From Klebsormidium nitens (lineage: Eukaryota; Plantae; Klebsormidiophyceae), in assembly GCA_000708835.1 (NCBI GenBank), contig DF237418.1, positions 1-64,000 on the forward strand: a DNA stretch of 64,000 nucleotides, given 5' to 3'. Each line of letters opens with the position of its first letter. Position 1 is the stretch's first letter. Made by a program: the position numbers and the translations under genes. The notes under the pieces are model-generated. The model made no database searches. It worked only from the letters and a program-made list of their open reading frames with translations, and had not been told where the DNA came from. Below are positions 50,001 to 62,850 of this stretch, piece after piece.

Positions 50001-53000
50001 GAAGCCTGGAGGTGAGCCTGATGTCAGTTGGTGGGGTGTGACGTCAGCGGATGCGTGGACGAGTCTTTTGTATTCAAGCTCTCGAGGGCGCGGGTAAAAT
50101 CTGTTGAGTTGCAATCCTTGGAAGGTTTCTCGAAGATTAGGGAGGCAATTTGTCTTGTCAGTACACGGCTCTCTGACTACTTTGCTCGTGGAAAGCGTAA
50201 TCTGCTATGCACACACTTCTCCACTTGATAGTCACAGCTAGTGCGCAACCTTTATAGTTGCTGCTGCCTGTCAGACCCCTTTTCAGAATTCAAATGCAGA
50301 TTTCATGAGTCTCACAGGCTATATCTGACCTTCTCTCGACGGCTTCGATGCCCGACAGTTTATTTATGGAGTCACTCTCAGCATGAGGGCGACTGCAGCT
50401 CTCTCTTCGCTTTTCGCAATAAAAGCGATTAGAGAGCTCTGAATCGAGAAACTTTATCCTCCATTTTGCAGGCCACGTTTGCGGCGGCCAAGGAGCGCAC
50501 TCTGCGCTTCACGGAGCTCCCCGGACAGTTGCCGTCCAGCGAGCTCCACTTTTTCGGACAGAAGCGGACGGAGCGCTTCGCGTGGATGGCCGGGCCCGGG
50601 ATCTACCACGGCCAGATCAACCTGGGCGCGCAACACAGGTACACGTGGCAGCGCGGGATTGGTTTTTGAATCGTTAAGTGTGTCAAAAAGGGTTTGGTGG
50701 AGGCTCGGGGGAGACTGTGGCAGAAACTATGCCAAGCATGATTGGGTCATGGTACAGATCGAGTCCTTTTATCGTTGGATTTTGACGTTGCGGGGCGTTT
50801 TGGCTGTCTTGAATTTTGCGGTAGAGTCGGGTCATGCGCAAGTATGCTAAACGGTCCCTCGACATGCCAATGTCAAGGGATGGGCAACAATTTTCTCAGG
50901 GACTGCTTGTCTGAGTTGCAACACTTTCATTCCATCCGATCTCACCAGCAGCATGGACGAACGACTTGTATTACAATCGATTCTGAAGATGGGGACACCG
51001 CCACATCGAATCTGCAGATTGAAACCTGAAAATTTGGGGTCGGTTATTTATTTTTTCGCTTTTGGCTCGTGCAGTAACAACGAAGAGAACTATGTCGACA
51101 ACAAGTGGCTGCTGGAATACTCGAAGCTTTCCAGCAAGAGCGGCGACTCGTCAGTACCGGTGTCCCTGGCGGTGACCGAGTTCCATTACCTGCTGCTCTT
51201 CAAAGACACGCTCAAGGTGCGCGTTTCGTGTTCTCCTCAGTGAAGAGTTCCCTTCTGTCAAATGCAATACCTTAGAACTTAAATCTCACCTGTCTTCGAT
51301 GATGGGGGAAGCTCTCTTCCCTTGAATGAGCGTTGGATTTCAAGGTCACCCACGTGGCTGTCGCGGCGTCGCTAACACCTGAAAGGCCGGTTTTGCTGTC
51401 GCTGCCAACATCTTGCACGAGCGGATCGCGGCGACAAGAACAGTGCATTTCACGCTTACCGGTCGCTTTTGCGGATGCATCCGCTGACGCCCTCTTTAAG
51501 TAAGAAACGGTCACGGGCACCGTTGAACGAATGGGAAGTTGCGATGCAGACTCGGGCTCGACCAGAAGATTCATCGTTTGCTTCTGATGAAATGACGTCC
51601 GATGAATCTCAAATCAGGACAAGAGAATGGTGAATAGAACCAGAAGCAGCTAAAAAAGAAAGGTAGCCCCAACCCTGAGGAGGAAGATAGGCTGCGTACG
51701 TTAGACATGGAAGAGCTCGCTCTGAATATGCGCACCAAACCGCAGGTGGTCAACCGGGTCAGTCAGCAGGTGGTGGAGGAAGACCCCCTCGGGGCGCGGG
51801 ACGAGATCGGGCCACGTGGCATGCTGGGAATGTGCCACGACAACGCCGAGGACGTCATATACTGCTACAGCGACAGCACCGTCTCGGAGGTGCGTGCTTG
51901 AATGTCGCCTAGCGTTGGGCTAGGTGCTGATTAAAGACAAGACCGCGCTCATTTGTGCGGGACGAAACGACTGAAAGAATTTCTCCAACTCCTTCGAAGA
52001 CGGTCCATTGGACATGTTCGATACACGTCAACTGCCTCCGGTGGATTTGAAATGCTAGTCGATGAGGCCCGCGCGTCAGCAAGTTACGAGAACCGTCATC
52101 ACCAATGCATCTCAACCCTTCTCCTCAGAGTTGTAAAGGAGGAGGAGAATCCAATATATGGGCACAGGGCACCGTAGTGTAGGGTTTGCAGAAGCAGAGG
52201 CTTCAAGACACAAAGTTTACCGACTTGCCTCATAAGGACGAAAGTTGTGCACACCAGCCGGCTAAGCTAAAAGCCCGTGCGTCCAGATTGATTCACTTCC
52301 AACAAGAACATCAGTCAGTGGCTACACTGACGCCCTCTGCAAGCTATCCTTTCTGGGACAAGTTAAGGTGCATAAGTCCACACAGGGATAAGACGAAAAG
52401 TCCCCGGTAGAAGCAGACCGTACCCTGTTCTGGGATATCGCTGACACCCCTTGTTCCTCTTTCTCTCGATTCACGTCGCCGCACGAGGGAAGGAAGGGTG
52501 GGCACAAGGGGAGTCATTCGAGAGTTGAGAGCACACCAATTTTTCAACATCAAAGACGAACTCATGGACTCCCATTGAACAAGAAGAAGCACGAAACAGG
52601 AGAATGAAATCACAAGAAAGCCTATATGAATGCTATAACACTTTACCGACATGTAAGACGGAATTCTTTTCCTCCATCAGGTGACGGCAACGGATGAGGG
52701 GAAAGACATGTGGCGGCTGCATCTAGAGCGGGGAGAATACGCGTCGGCTCTGAGCCACGCTCGGGACGGTCTCCAACGGGACAAGATATACGCAGCGCAA
52801 GCGGAAGTGGCGTTCACAGCGGGGGACTACGCTCGAGCGGCAACTTTTTATGCAAAGGTGAGGAGTCACTGCCACTTTACCTCAAAAGATGTTTTGTTGT
52901 TCGCAGATCCAGTGCCAATCAAGGGTCCGTGTCGGGTTCAACGAAAGGCCTGACCAGCAGGAGAGCGTCAAAGGTGTGTGGCTGGCACTGCTGGGTTGAC

Positions 53001-56000
53001 AAGAAGTTCGGACATCAGAGGAAATTGGGGGAACGAGAACGACACAGTCTGGTACAGCAGAATCTGAGGATGGACGATTGCCCTTTCGCGTAACAGGTCG
53101 ACGAGAATACCGACAGTCTCAGAGATAGTGCGATCAGGTGGTTGAACGTGGGCTTTATTCCGTCAAAACAATAATAGGTAGAATGGGGAAAACGAGAGTC
53201 GGAAGTGGGGGGATCAGCTTCTCTGGAAAGAGAGTATACAGAATTTCCAATCAAAGGCAGGTCCAGAATTTGAAGACGTTCGAGGAAGTGGCGCTGAATT
53301 TCGATAACGCGGGTTCGATCTCATCAACCAGGAGAAAAACCATGTAAAGTGTTAAAGAGTGGGAGGTTTTCAATACATTTGAGAAGTCAAGGGTAGAAGG
53401 GGGCAGCCTTCGCAAGAAGCAGAGTGAACACTCTCCTTCCAATCAAATGCAGGTTTAGAACATGACGACCTGAGAGGAGTTTGCCTTCAAGTTCGTGAAC
53501 GTAGGCTGGACATTGATGCACAAACAAGACGTGAACGATGCAGTATAACGACGGAGGATCTAATAGGAAAATCGGAACTAACGAGCTTCTCCCCATGAGT
53601 TGCAGGTCCAGAACCTGACGACGTTGGAGGAGGTAGCCCTCGTTTCGTGACTGTGCGGTTGGGATGCAAAGAACAGAACCCTTGGAATGAGCCGGAACCA
53701 GGAGGAAATGACTAAGAGGGAAGGAAAAAGAAGGAATGCAGAACATAAGAACAAAGAACTATTCTTCGTTCCGCAGGTCCAAAATATGACGACCTTCGAG
53801 GAGGTGGCCTTCAAGTTGTGACTGTGGGCTGGGGACGGAAAGGTACATGAAGCTTTTGAATCGGAAGCAAGAGAGATTAACGAGATGGGAACAGAAAGAA
53901 GAAGAAAAGAACAGAGAAGGAACGAACAACATTTGTTTGATCTGAATCGCAGGTCCAAAATATGACGACCTTCGAGGAGGTGGCCCTCAAGTTCGTGAAC
54001 GGGGGCGAGCAGGACGCGCTGCGGACGTTCCTGCTGCACAAGCTGGACCACCTCGGCAAGGACGAGCGCGCGCAGATCACCATGGTCGCCACGTGGTGCA
54101 CCGAGCTGTACCTCGACAAGGTGACCCCAAAAGATTTTACCGTAACCGTGACCGTAAACCTGCTTTAAATTGGAAAGATTGAGAACCCATAGAACCAGCC
54201 GGGGCAGAGACGAGCGCGCGCAGATCACCATGGTCGCCACGTGGTGCACCGAGCTGTATCTTGACAATGTGGGAGATTTGGATCTCTGGGTTTTCCAAAC
54301 CCTGCCTTGCTTGATAACATCTAACCCAAGGTGTTGAATGATGAGAAACCGTCGGGCTAGGGACGAACGCGCACAGAGCAGCATGGTTGCCACGTGGTGC
54401 ACCGGATTCTACCTCGACAAGGTGGACGGTCAATTGTGTACTTGATACCCCGACGTTTATAGCTTTTGAAGATCCTAATTCTCCAAGAGATTCAAAAACC
54501 TACGCTCATCCAAGCCAAAAGAGCGGCTAGGAAGCGTTCCCCTCCCCCTTGGACCGCCCTTGATCTGCTTCCCGCGACCTTTTTCGTCCTGTCGACACGA
54601 CATGCTGATTCCAACCGAAAATGGATATGCCGTACCTCTATTCCGTATTGCCTTGAGCCTTTTCTAATCAGCAAACTCCGGTCTCTGATCCTTTGTTTTC
54701 CCTTCGCAGATCAACCGGCTGCTTTTGGACGGCCAGGATGGCGCCCGCCCCCCATCCGACGGCCCCGGCGAGTACCAGCACACGGTGCAGGAGTTCCGCG
54801 CGTTCCTCAGCGATTGCAAGGGCGTTTTGGACGAGGCCACGACCGTGAAACTGCTCGGGAGTTACGGCCGGGAGGAGGAACTGGTGCTGTTTGCGACGCT
54901 GAAAGACCATCACGAGGTCGCGATCCAGCATCATATACAAAAAGGGGACGCCAAGAAAGCGATTATGGTGCTGCGGAAGCCGAGCGTTTCGCCTGAGCTG
55001 TGGGTGAGCGGCCGGTTTTCTTGTTTTTTTCGCTGGGTCCGATGAAAAGGAGTTCACTGCCGAGAGGTGTTCCTATTTTGCCGTGTACGACAAGTAAAGA
55101 AGACATCATGGGGCTGCGGAAGCCAAGCGTTTCACCAGAACTGTGGGTGAGCGAACGGGTTTTGGGCTCCTATTTTAGCTAAAAACAACGAAAAAGGATT
55201 GACTGCCGAGAGCAGTTTCTATTCTGTTGAGTATGATAGATAAAGAAAGCCATTATGGTGCTGCGCATACGGAGCGTTTCGCCGGAGTTGTGGGTAAGCG
55301 GACGGAAGATCTGCTCCTAATTCTGCTAAATATCTTTCTGTCATATTCACCGCTGGAGACTACCATCGGCGTGTGATCAAGAGCGCAGCTGTTGGTGCTA
55401 AGAAGCAACGTATAAAAAGCCGTATATGTGAAGGGGTAACCATCAACGTTCGGATCAGATGCGTTAGAACATGCTGGGTAGTAGATAACTGCTCGCTTGG
55501 ATTGCTTGGATTGCTTGGATTATGTGCTCAAAGCTATATGTTCCTCTTCGGCATTGGCCTCTTGTGGGTGAGGCGGTCAATTGAAATCGGTGTTATGAAC
55601 CTGCAATGCGAAGACTGATTTTGACACTGTCCACATCCTTTATCTTTCTTTTTCTGCAGTATAACTTCGCTCCAGCGCTCATTGCGCTGGACCCGGCTCT
55701 CACGACCGAGGCCTGGATGGCGGCGGGGGCCAACTTGAACCCGCGGCGCCTTATTGCCGCTCTCATGCGCTACACAAGCGGAACCCACGTGTGAGTTCGT
55801 TGGGAACACATCTCTCCTCCTCTTTCTCAACCCGTTTGGCTTCCTTGCCTCTTGTAGGGTCTAGGTTTTGGCACATCCCGGACTTCTCGTTATCACGTTC
55901 GTTTCTACATCTTGTTCTGTGGAAACGAACTTGATAACGAGAAGTCCGGAACGTGCAAAAACCTAGACCCTACAAGACTTGTTCTGTGCTTCTTGTTCGA

Positions 56001-59000
56001 CTTCCGCAAATTCCATTTTCGTGAGGTATTGTCGTCCTTTCTTTTCTCTGGGCGTCCTGTGTCCAAGTTTCGTTCGCAGATCTTTCCAGATGGTCAGTTG
56101 GTCGCGACTGACGCTTTGCTTGCCTCGCCGGAACCCTGCTGAGATGGTATAAGCCATAACTTGGTTGTGAAGAGGGTTAGCAACGTGTTGCAAAGGGCTA
56201 TGAAGAGGTTTAGAAAGAAGGGTCATAAGGAGGGTTAAGAAGAAGGTATTAGAGGAGGTTATCGACGAGTATTGCGCGGAGATTTGGTCAAGGCCTTTAC
56301 TATATTGCAAACCATTACCGAAAGTTGGATTTGACATCCTGAGAACCTCACCCTCAACACCGTTCTCGTCAAAGAGAAGGGCACCGTGCAGCCGCTCCTC
56401 TGAAGCAAGGTTCAAGGAGCGACTCAACTCAAGGCTTCAATGACTGTCCGCTTGGCTCGAGGGGAACCAGTGACTTTGAGGCCATAGTCAGCGATGCTGT
56501 CGGAAGTAATGACGTGGCGAGGGTTAGGGTTTCGATCGATGATCAGTCGATAGTCGCCTAAACCGAGGTTTCTCATTCTAGACCTCTCCACGCCATCTCT
56601 TCTAGCAGCCCCCCGGGCCTCAATCTCGGAATTACAGACTCGCTTTGTCCCCGCTCTCACCGTTGATCTCCAAAAGCTTTATATTGACCGTTGATCTTCA
56701 GGGCCTCTAAGATCACCGTTAATCTCCCAGAGGCTCTAAGATCTGTCTCTCTCGTGCTGCAGGGAGGGCGACAACTTCGCAATCCAGTACCTGGAGTTTT
56801 GCGTCCGGCGGTTGCAGAACCAAGACCCCGCCATACACAACCTTCTGCTCTCCCTCTACGCCAAACGGGTAAGAGCGCCAGAATCGTCCGGAATGGGTTT
56901 TTTGCTGAGGTCTTGATGCCGTTGCTTGGACGAGTCTCCGAATCCGTTAGCAGGGATTGAGTAGGAGAGTTGGCACGATTTTCACCACTTGCTCAAAAGT
57001 AAAGACTGCAGGCAAGTAGCTCGCATTCTGGAGGGTTTCTGGAGGGTTTGAAAACCTTGTCGCCTTGCTTTCTTTTGATCGCTGGCGGCTTGGTTGATCT
57101 ACCCTAAAGCTTCTCCAGGTCGATGACGTCAGTGCTTGGTAGAAACAAGTTTCTTCAAAGAAAGAACACAAAGACGGGAATGCAAAGAAAACGTCGAACA
57201 GTGCTACCAAATTTGGCCGACAGATCACTCTAACAGGAGCGTCGAAGATGTCCCGAAGATTCCGCTTGCGACTTCAACACGAGCCGCTCGAGAACTGACT
57301 CACGCTGAAATCTTCCTGCAATCCCAAAAAATTCCCTTCTCCAATCTCGCGTTCAAGTTCGGCGGCAGCCAGCCCGAAAGCCGATCTTGTGCGACCCAAC
57401 GTGTGCGAGTCGTCACACGTTCTCATCGCAATCAGTTTGTAGCTCAATGAAGACGAAAAACAGCTCATATCCCGCCCCCCGCCTCTTTCTTGCAGCCCGA
57501 AGAGGCCCCCCTCCTTCAGTTTCTCGCGTCCAAGTTCGGCGGCGGTCAGCCGGGCGGCGCCGATGTGTTCTACGACCCCAAGTTCGCTCTTCGGCTGTGC
57601 CTGGACGAGCGGAAGATCCGGTCGTGCGTCTTCATCTACGGCCTCATGGAGATGCACGAGGAAGCGGTGGCGCTAGCCCTCCAGGTGGGCTGTGGGTTGC
57701 CGATCATTGTGGAATTGTATGGTTCGTTTTCATCGTTGATGGGAGTGTGACGGGAGTTCCCTACTGATTCGCTTTAAAGAAAGTCAGGTTTTCAGATTCA
57801 CGTCTATGTTCTCATAGATGTGCATGAGGAAGCGGTGGCGTTCGCGCTTCGGGTGAGCTGTGGATTTTACGTATATTAGAGTCTTAGGAATCATGGGCTT
57901 CAAGTGTGGGGATATTCTAGCGCTTCGGGTGGATCAACATGTGTCCATTAGAAACCTGATTCCAGAGTAGGAACCTCGTTCTCAGGCCCTTTCTAGGACC
58001 AGTATCGTTACGAGCTCGTTACAGCCTATGTGCTTTCCAAGCGGAACAACTCTGCTTTCAAGACTAACGCATCAGGTTTTGAGCGTGCCAATCTGAAGCC
58101 AGATGAAGCCGGGACCTCGAGACTCTTAAGTCAAAGTCTCCAAAGACCAGCCCTCTGAAATTATTCTTGAGCTCCAAAATTGCTCCTATTCCTTCAGCGT
58201 GAACTGCGCACCCTAGAAACCTGGCCCTGATTTTAACCGGGGCTCCTTAACTTCTCAGGTTGATTTGGAGCTGGCCAAAGCGGAGGCCGACAAGGTGGAG
58301 GACGATGAGCCACTGCGGAAGAAGCTCTGGCTGCGGATAGCCAAGCACGTCATCGAACAGGTCAGCGGCGTTCGGGTTAACGTCTTTCAGGGTTTACTTT
58401 TTCCAAAGTTTCCGGACTATTGTTCGTTGGAACGTCCTTCGGAGCATTTTAGGGAGCATTCTGAGCTTTGGATCTACTCTTCAAGCTTTGCATCGTGTCT
58501 CTGCACGAACGGAGACGCTCTGTTTGCGGATCACAAAGCACAGGATCACGTCGTTCCGCTTTGCGGCCCTTGCGCTGATGGAACCCCTCCCGGTTGTTTG
58601 GTTCACTGCTTTTCTGGGTTTGATTGTTCCCTTGTCTGTATTTATCACTGCGGGTAACGAAGCACGTCCCTTTGCCGCCGGTATAAGCTTTGCTTGTGGT
58701 AGCCATGTCTAGCTCTAGGGATTCTAGTGCCGCTACCGGACCATGCCGTCGACTGTTCGTCGGCGGTGCGCTTAAGAACATTTCAGGGGCTTTCCCAGTA
58801 CTTTCTTTTCCAACCGCCATGTATTGAAGCCAGCTGTGTCCTGGAGTCAGCGATACTGCTCTCCACTCCTCTCATTGGCGGCGAAGCGTGGGAAATGGTT
58901 CTCAGAGTGATAATCCTCCGCAAAAACAGAGAAAGTGTCACCGGGACTGCAAAGGCTAGTTCTCAGGTTGCTTCATTTGTTTCGTCATTTATTCCGCTTT

Positions 59001-60864
59001 GCCGAAGCACATAGAGAACAGCGGTTTAGGTCGGACATTTGCGACGAAATGTTCTAGAAGAACTCAGGCTTTCCTATGCTTTTAAAAGGGCAAACCTTTT
59101 CAGGTGACATGAGAGCTTAGCAGTACTCTTCTCTGTATGCAGGAGCGAGCGGAAAACGGCGCCGAAGGCGAGAACATCCGCAAAGCCATCGCGTTCCTTA
59201 AGGAGACCGACGGTCTCCTCAAGATCGAGGACATCTTGCCGTTCTTCCCGGATTTTGCGCTGATCGACGACTTCAAAGAGGCGATCTGCGCGTCGTTGGA
59301 AGAGTACAACCGTCAGATCGAGGATTTAAAAGCGGAGATGAACGAGGCGACGCGGGGGGCGGACAACATCCGGCGGGACATAGCGGCGCTCGCGCAGCGG
59401 TGAGACTGTCATTGTTGCGATGTTTTCAACTGGTTTTGCTGCTCTTGGCCCTTTGACTTGTCAGATTTCCACTTTCTTCCGATCGGTGGCCGGCAGAACA
59501 AATACTTGGAAGCGGAGATGAACGAGGAGGCGTGGAGAGCGGACAACATCTAGCCGAATATTGCCCTCTGGTCTATCTATGAGTCTCATCAGCCTTCTGT
59601 ACCGCTGCGTGACACCAAAAATGTCCCCTTACGAGATCTGATCGGAAAGCATTTCGACCTAACACTTTGTGCTACTCATCCGGCAAAGGATGGGGACCAA
59701 CCGTTCACCAACTTCTTCGACAGTCTTTGCCTTAGTCCCCAGCGCCTGAACAGGCTGATCTGCCATGAGGCAGTGCAAGTCTTGCAAGAATGATAACAGC
59801 TCTGCAAGGAAAGTCCAAGATGGAATCGAGAACTGTCTCTATTCTACAAATTGCTGTTTCCTTAAAGGCGTTTTCTCCCCCCCAAAACAGGTACGCCGTG
59901 GTCAACCGTGACGAACCGTGCGGCATCTGCGGGAAGCCCATCCTTGGCGTTTTCGCTCCGGGGGGGTCACGTGCCCCCTCTCGGGAGGCTGCAGCGGCGG
60001 CCCCCTTTTACGTCTTCCCCTGCGAACACGCGTTCCATGCGGACTGCCTGACGCAACACGTCATGGAGAACGCCCGGAGCGGCCAGGTAAGCTGACGTCA
60101 TTGCCTCGTCGTGTGACACAGGTAGCCACGTCAGCCAGTCGCCAGGATCTGGCCACTACGTTTATTTCGCTTTCCGATTTGATCGCTTCTGCTCCACTGT
60201 AATTTGTTGAGATGGTCCTTTCAAGTGACGTGTTCGTACTGTTCATCTTTGGTAGAATGTGGCCATTATCCCTTCTGATTTCTGTACGTCGAAGATGTCG
60301 GTACATCTTCTCGACCTTTTGCTCACACGCCCACAGGAGCGGATTAGGGAAGCACGCTTTGCGCAGCAGGGTGCCGACAAGAGTGCTGAAGCGTTCAAAC
60401 GCTGCTCCCTATCTTTTCATATTGCGAGTCCACGCGGCAGACCTTATTTGTCAATCGATCTCAAGCGAAGGTTCGTCCGTTCCTCCGGCAATCGACGGTG
60501 TTTACTTCAGAAAGCGTCGTCACTTGTCAAATGAATTTTCGGTCTTTTGCAGAGGGACCACATAGTCGCCCTCCGGCGGCAGCTCGCTTCCCTTGCCGCC
60601 CAGTCGGAAGGAATTCGTTCCGGTCCTGCCTCGCCGGACAAGAACGGCGCCGCTGACGTCAGCAGCAGCAGCGACCAGCAGCCGTCGATCGAGAAAGTGC
60701 GGACGGCTCTTGATGACGCGGTCGCGGGGGAGTGCCCGTTTTGCGGGGAGCTTATGGTGCAGGCGATTAGTGAGCCGTTCGTGGGGGAGGACGAGTATGA
60801 GCTCGCGCGGTCATGGGAGATTCGGAGAGATCCGTATGCACGCAGCACTGGTTTTGTGACTTGA
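47013..60864 (+). CDS. VPS18: Vacuolar protein sorting 18 (HOPS/CORVET core subunit); 18 exons, about 1041 aa
   Basis: Exons 47013-47102, 47706-47901, 48540-48758, 49095-49234, 49916-50011, 50472-50638, 51075-51216, 51746-51889, 52681-52857, 53953-54120, 54710-55003, 55660-55790, 56763-56868, 57496-57684, 58259-58360, 59143-59399, 59891-60086 and 60553-60864 (3126 nt). Peptides GTSKGWLIRHDFG, EKDKREKYVKLLYEL, ENIRKAIAFLKETDGLLKIEDILPFFPDFALIDDFKEAIC, and the RING PFYVFPCEHAFH..C / ECPFCGELM match plant VPS18. Confidence 0.97.
53255..53822 (+). repeat. Four decayed tandem copies of the VPS18 exon-10 acceptor plus exon start
   Basis: cag|gtc... copies at 53261, 53453, 53606 and 53777 of the real exon start at 53953 (gtccaaaatatgacgaccttcgaggaggtggccctcaagttcgtgaac). 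Confidence 0.92.
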
Positions 60865-62850
60865 GTTCTATAATTCGGTTAGAGGTGACTCCCGTTTCGA
60901 CACTGCCATAAACACTCCATGCTTTGGGCATGGCGCCAGTGCTTATCGCTAAGGATGAGATTTCTAGGTAAACTTGTGGGACACTTTCGGCACCAGTCGG
61001 CCGATGGATAAAGTGGCTAGCAGCCGCGAATCTTCCAATCGACTGCAAATCAGCAGAAGCGGAGACTGCATGGTATAGATGCATTTAGCAACCGCTGCGC
61101 GATAGTGGATGCTCAATCTGCCGCCACGTAGCTAATGCGTAAACCAAGCATTGGCGCGGTGTGCTCATGCCTCACACACGGGGCTCCCCTGAATATGTGA
61201 TCGACGTCGGGTACTACATTGGCCTCATGTTACATTCACAGATCGATGCGTGTGCTTGCTGTTACGTACTGGGTATTAATGGCTTGGTGTATACTGCAGC
61301 CGCCCAGCAAACGAACGAGAATTAGCAGCTAGATGTTCGAGTCCTACGTGACGCAATGAAGTTGACAAGAGCGTCGTGCAATAACACTGACTGAGCGTTG
61401 CATGCTCGCTGGTATGATGAGCTGTATTCGTTCAGCGCGATCAGCAAAATATTAGGACGAGCCTTAAGGCCGTATTCCATCTAGCTGCGCCGCCATAGGC
61501 GGCCGGGCAATCGACATCTACTAAAATTGCCTCCTTCGTTACACCAGACTGATTCTTCGCGATGCACAACCGGATACATGTTGCGTGGCGTCAAACTCGT
61601 GGGAGGAGGCTGCGGTCGGCATCTGCATGGGACCGGACGTATAGAATCCGCCTCCCATGCAAACAGGCGGACCGCAGACCCGCTCCGATGGCCGAAACGC
61701 TGTCACAGCCGTCCGATCTTCAGCTAATGAAGCCAGTCTGAGAGTGCAATTTGGGCTTTAGCTGTGAACACCTAGGACCTTCCACGTGATCAGGACCTCT
61801 TGTATGGATTTTGGCGGAGCGATCTGAACCGTACAATCCGTTAACGTTAACAAGATGGACGCTGGTGACAGCAAAGAGGCTTGTCCCCCAGCCATTTCTC
61901 AGATCTGCAGACCGCCTGCAAAGCGACGCTTTTATACGCCTTCTGCCATCACTGTAGCGCAATGGATTGGCTGTACGAATAAGCTGCCGCATCTGCTTGC
62001 CAAAATGGAAGAGGCAAGCCAATGTATCTCGCTCGGCTCAGGCTTGGCTTGGGGGCGAACGCGCGTGCCACACTCGGAACGCTCCTTGATCTGCTTCCGG
62101 CCTGCCACCCTTTCAGCACCAAGCTTCGGCACTGCGGCACGGTAGCTTCTACCGAAACCCCAAACAGTGCAGGCACCGGCTCGAGCTTGCGTGGCATTGC
62201 GGCTCTTGATCATCTCCCAGGTGAGATTGTCCCTTTTTGTATTGCTCAATTCCTCGGGGGCCCAGGTTTGGCGCAGTGATAAGCTGCGAGAATATGTGGT
62301 TGCGGCGCGTATCTTTAAAATCATATCGATTGCAAAATCGCGCCAATGTGACGATATAAGATAGCCGATCCCCGGTCAGCTCGCGCCGATTCTCTGAAAT
62401 GGTCCCGGCCTTCGAAAGGCCCCGGGTTCAACGCCCCTGGTCAGACCGACAGTATCGATTCGAAAAGGTTCGAGCATGAGTGGTGAAAATCTGACACTTC
62501 TTCAAAGGTGCTTAGGAGGATACCGTGCTGACACAGCATATTCTGCTTTTCAAAGCAGAACTTTGTCGGAGTTTTGTTTGGCTGCCGGCAGCGCAGTTAC
62601 GTCAACTGCTCAGCTTTCCTTCTCTGCTCCCATCTTCTCCTCCACACAAGCCTCAGCCTTGAGTTTGAGGACAGGATCAGGATAGATCACTCTGAGAGAC
62701 GCTCTTTTCAGCAGCTGTCAACGCATGAGAGGCAGGATTCCAGCTTTGAGCCAAACCTGAGTATCGTGCTAGGCTGCAGGAACGGACTGGTGATATTTAA
62801 GACGCAGATTGGGTATTCTTTCCAGAGACAGGTCACAAACAGAAAGGAAC

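Noticed and set aside
53578-54402. 274-aa minus-strand ORF with internal repeats
   Set aside because: It is the antisense shadow of VPS18 exon 10 and its echo copies.
61527-62400. Possible gene upstream of the F-box gene
   Set aside because: Short stop-interrupted ORFs with no recognisable domain.
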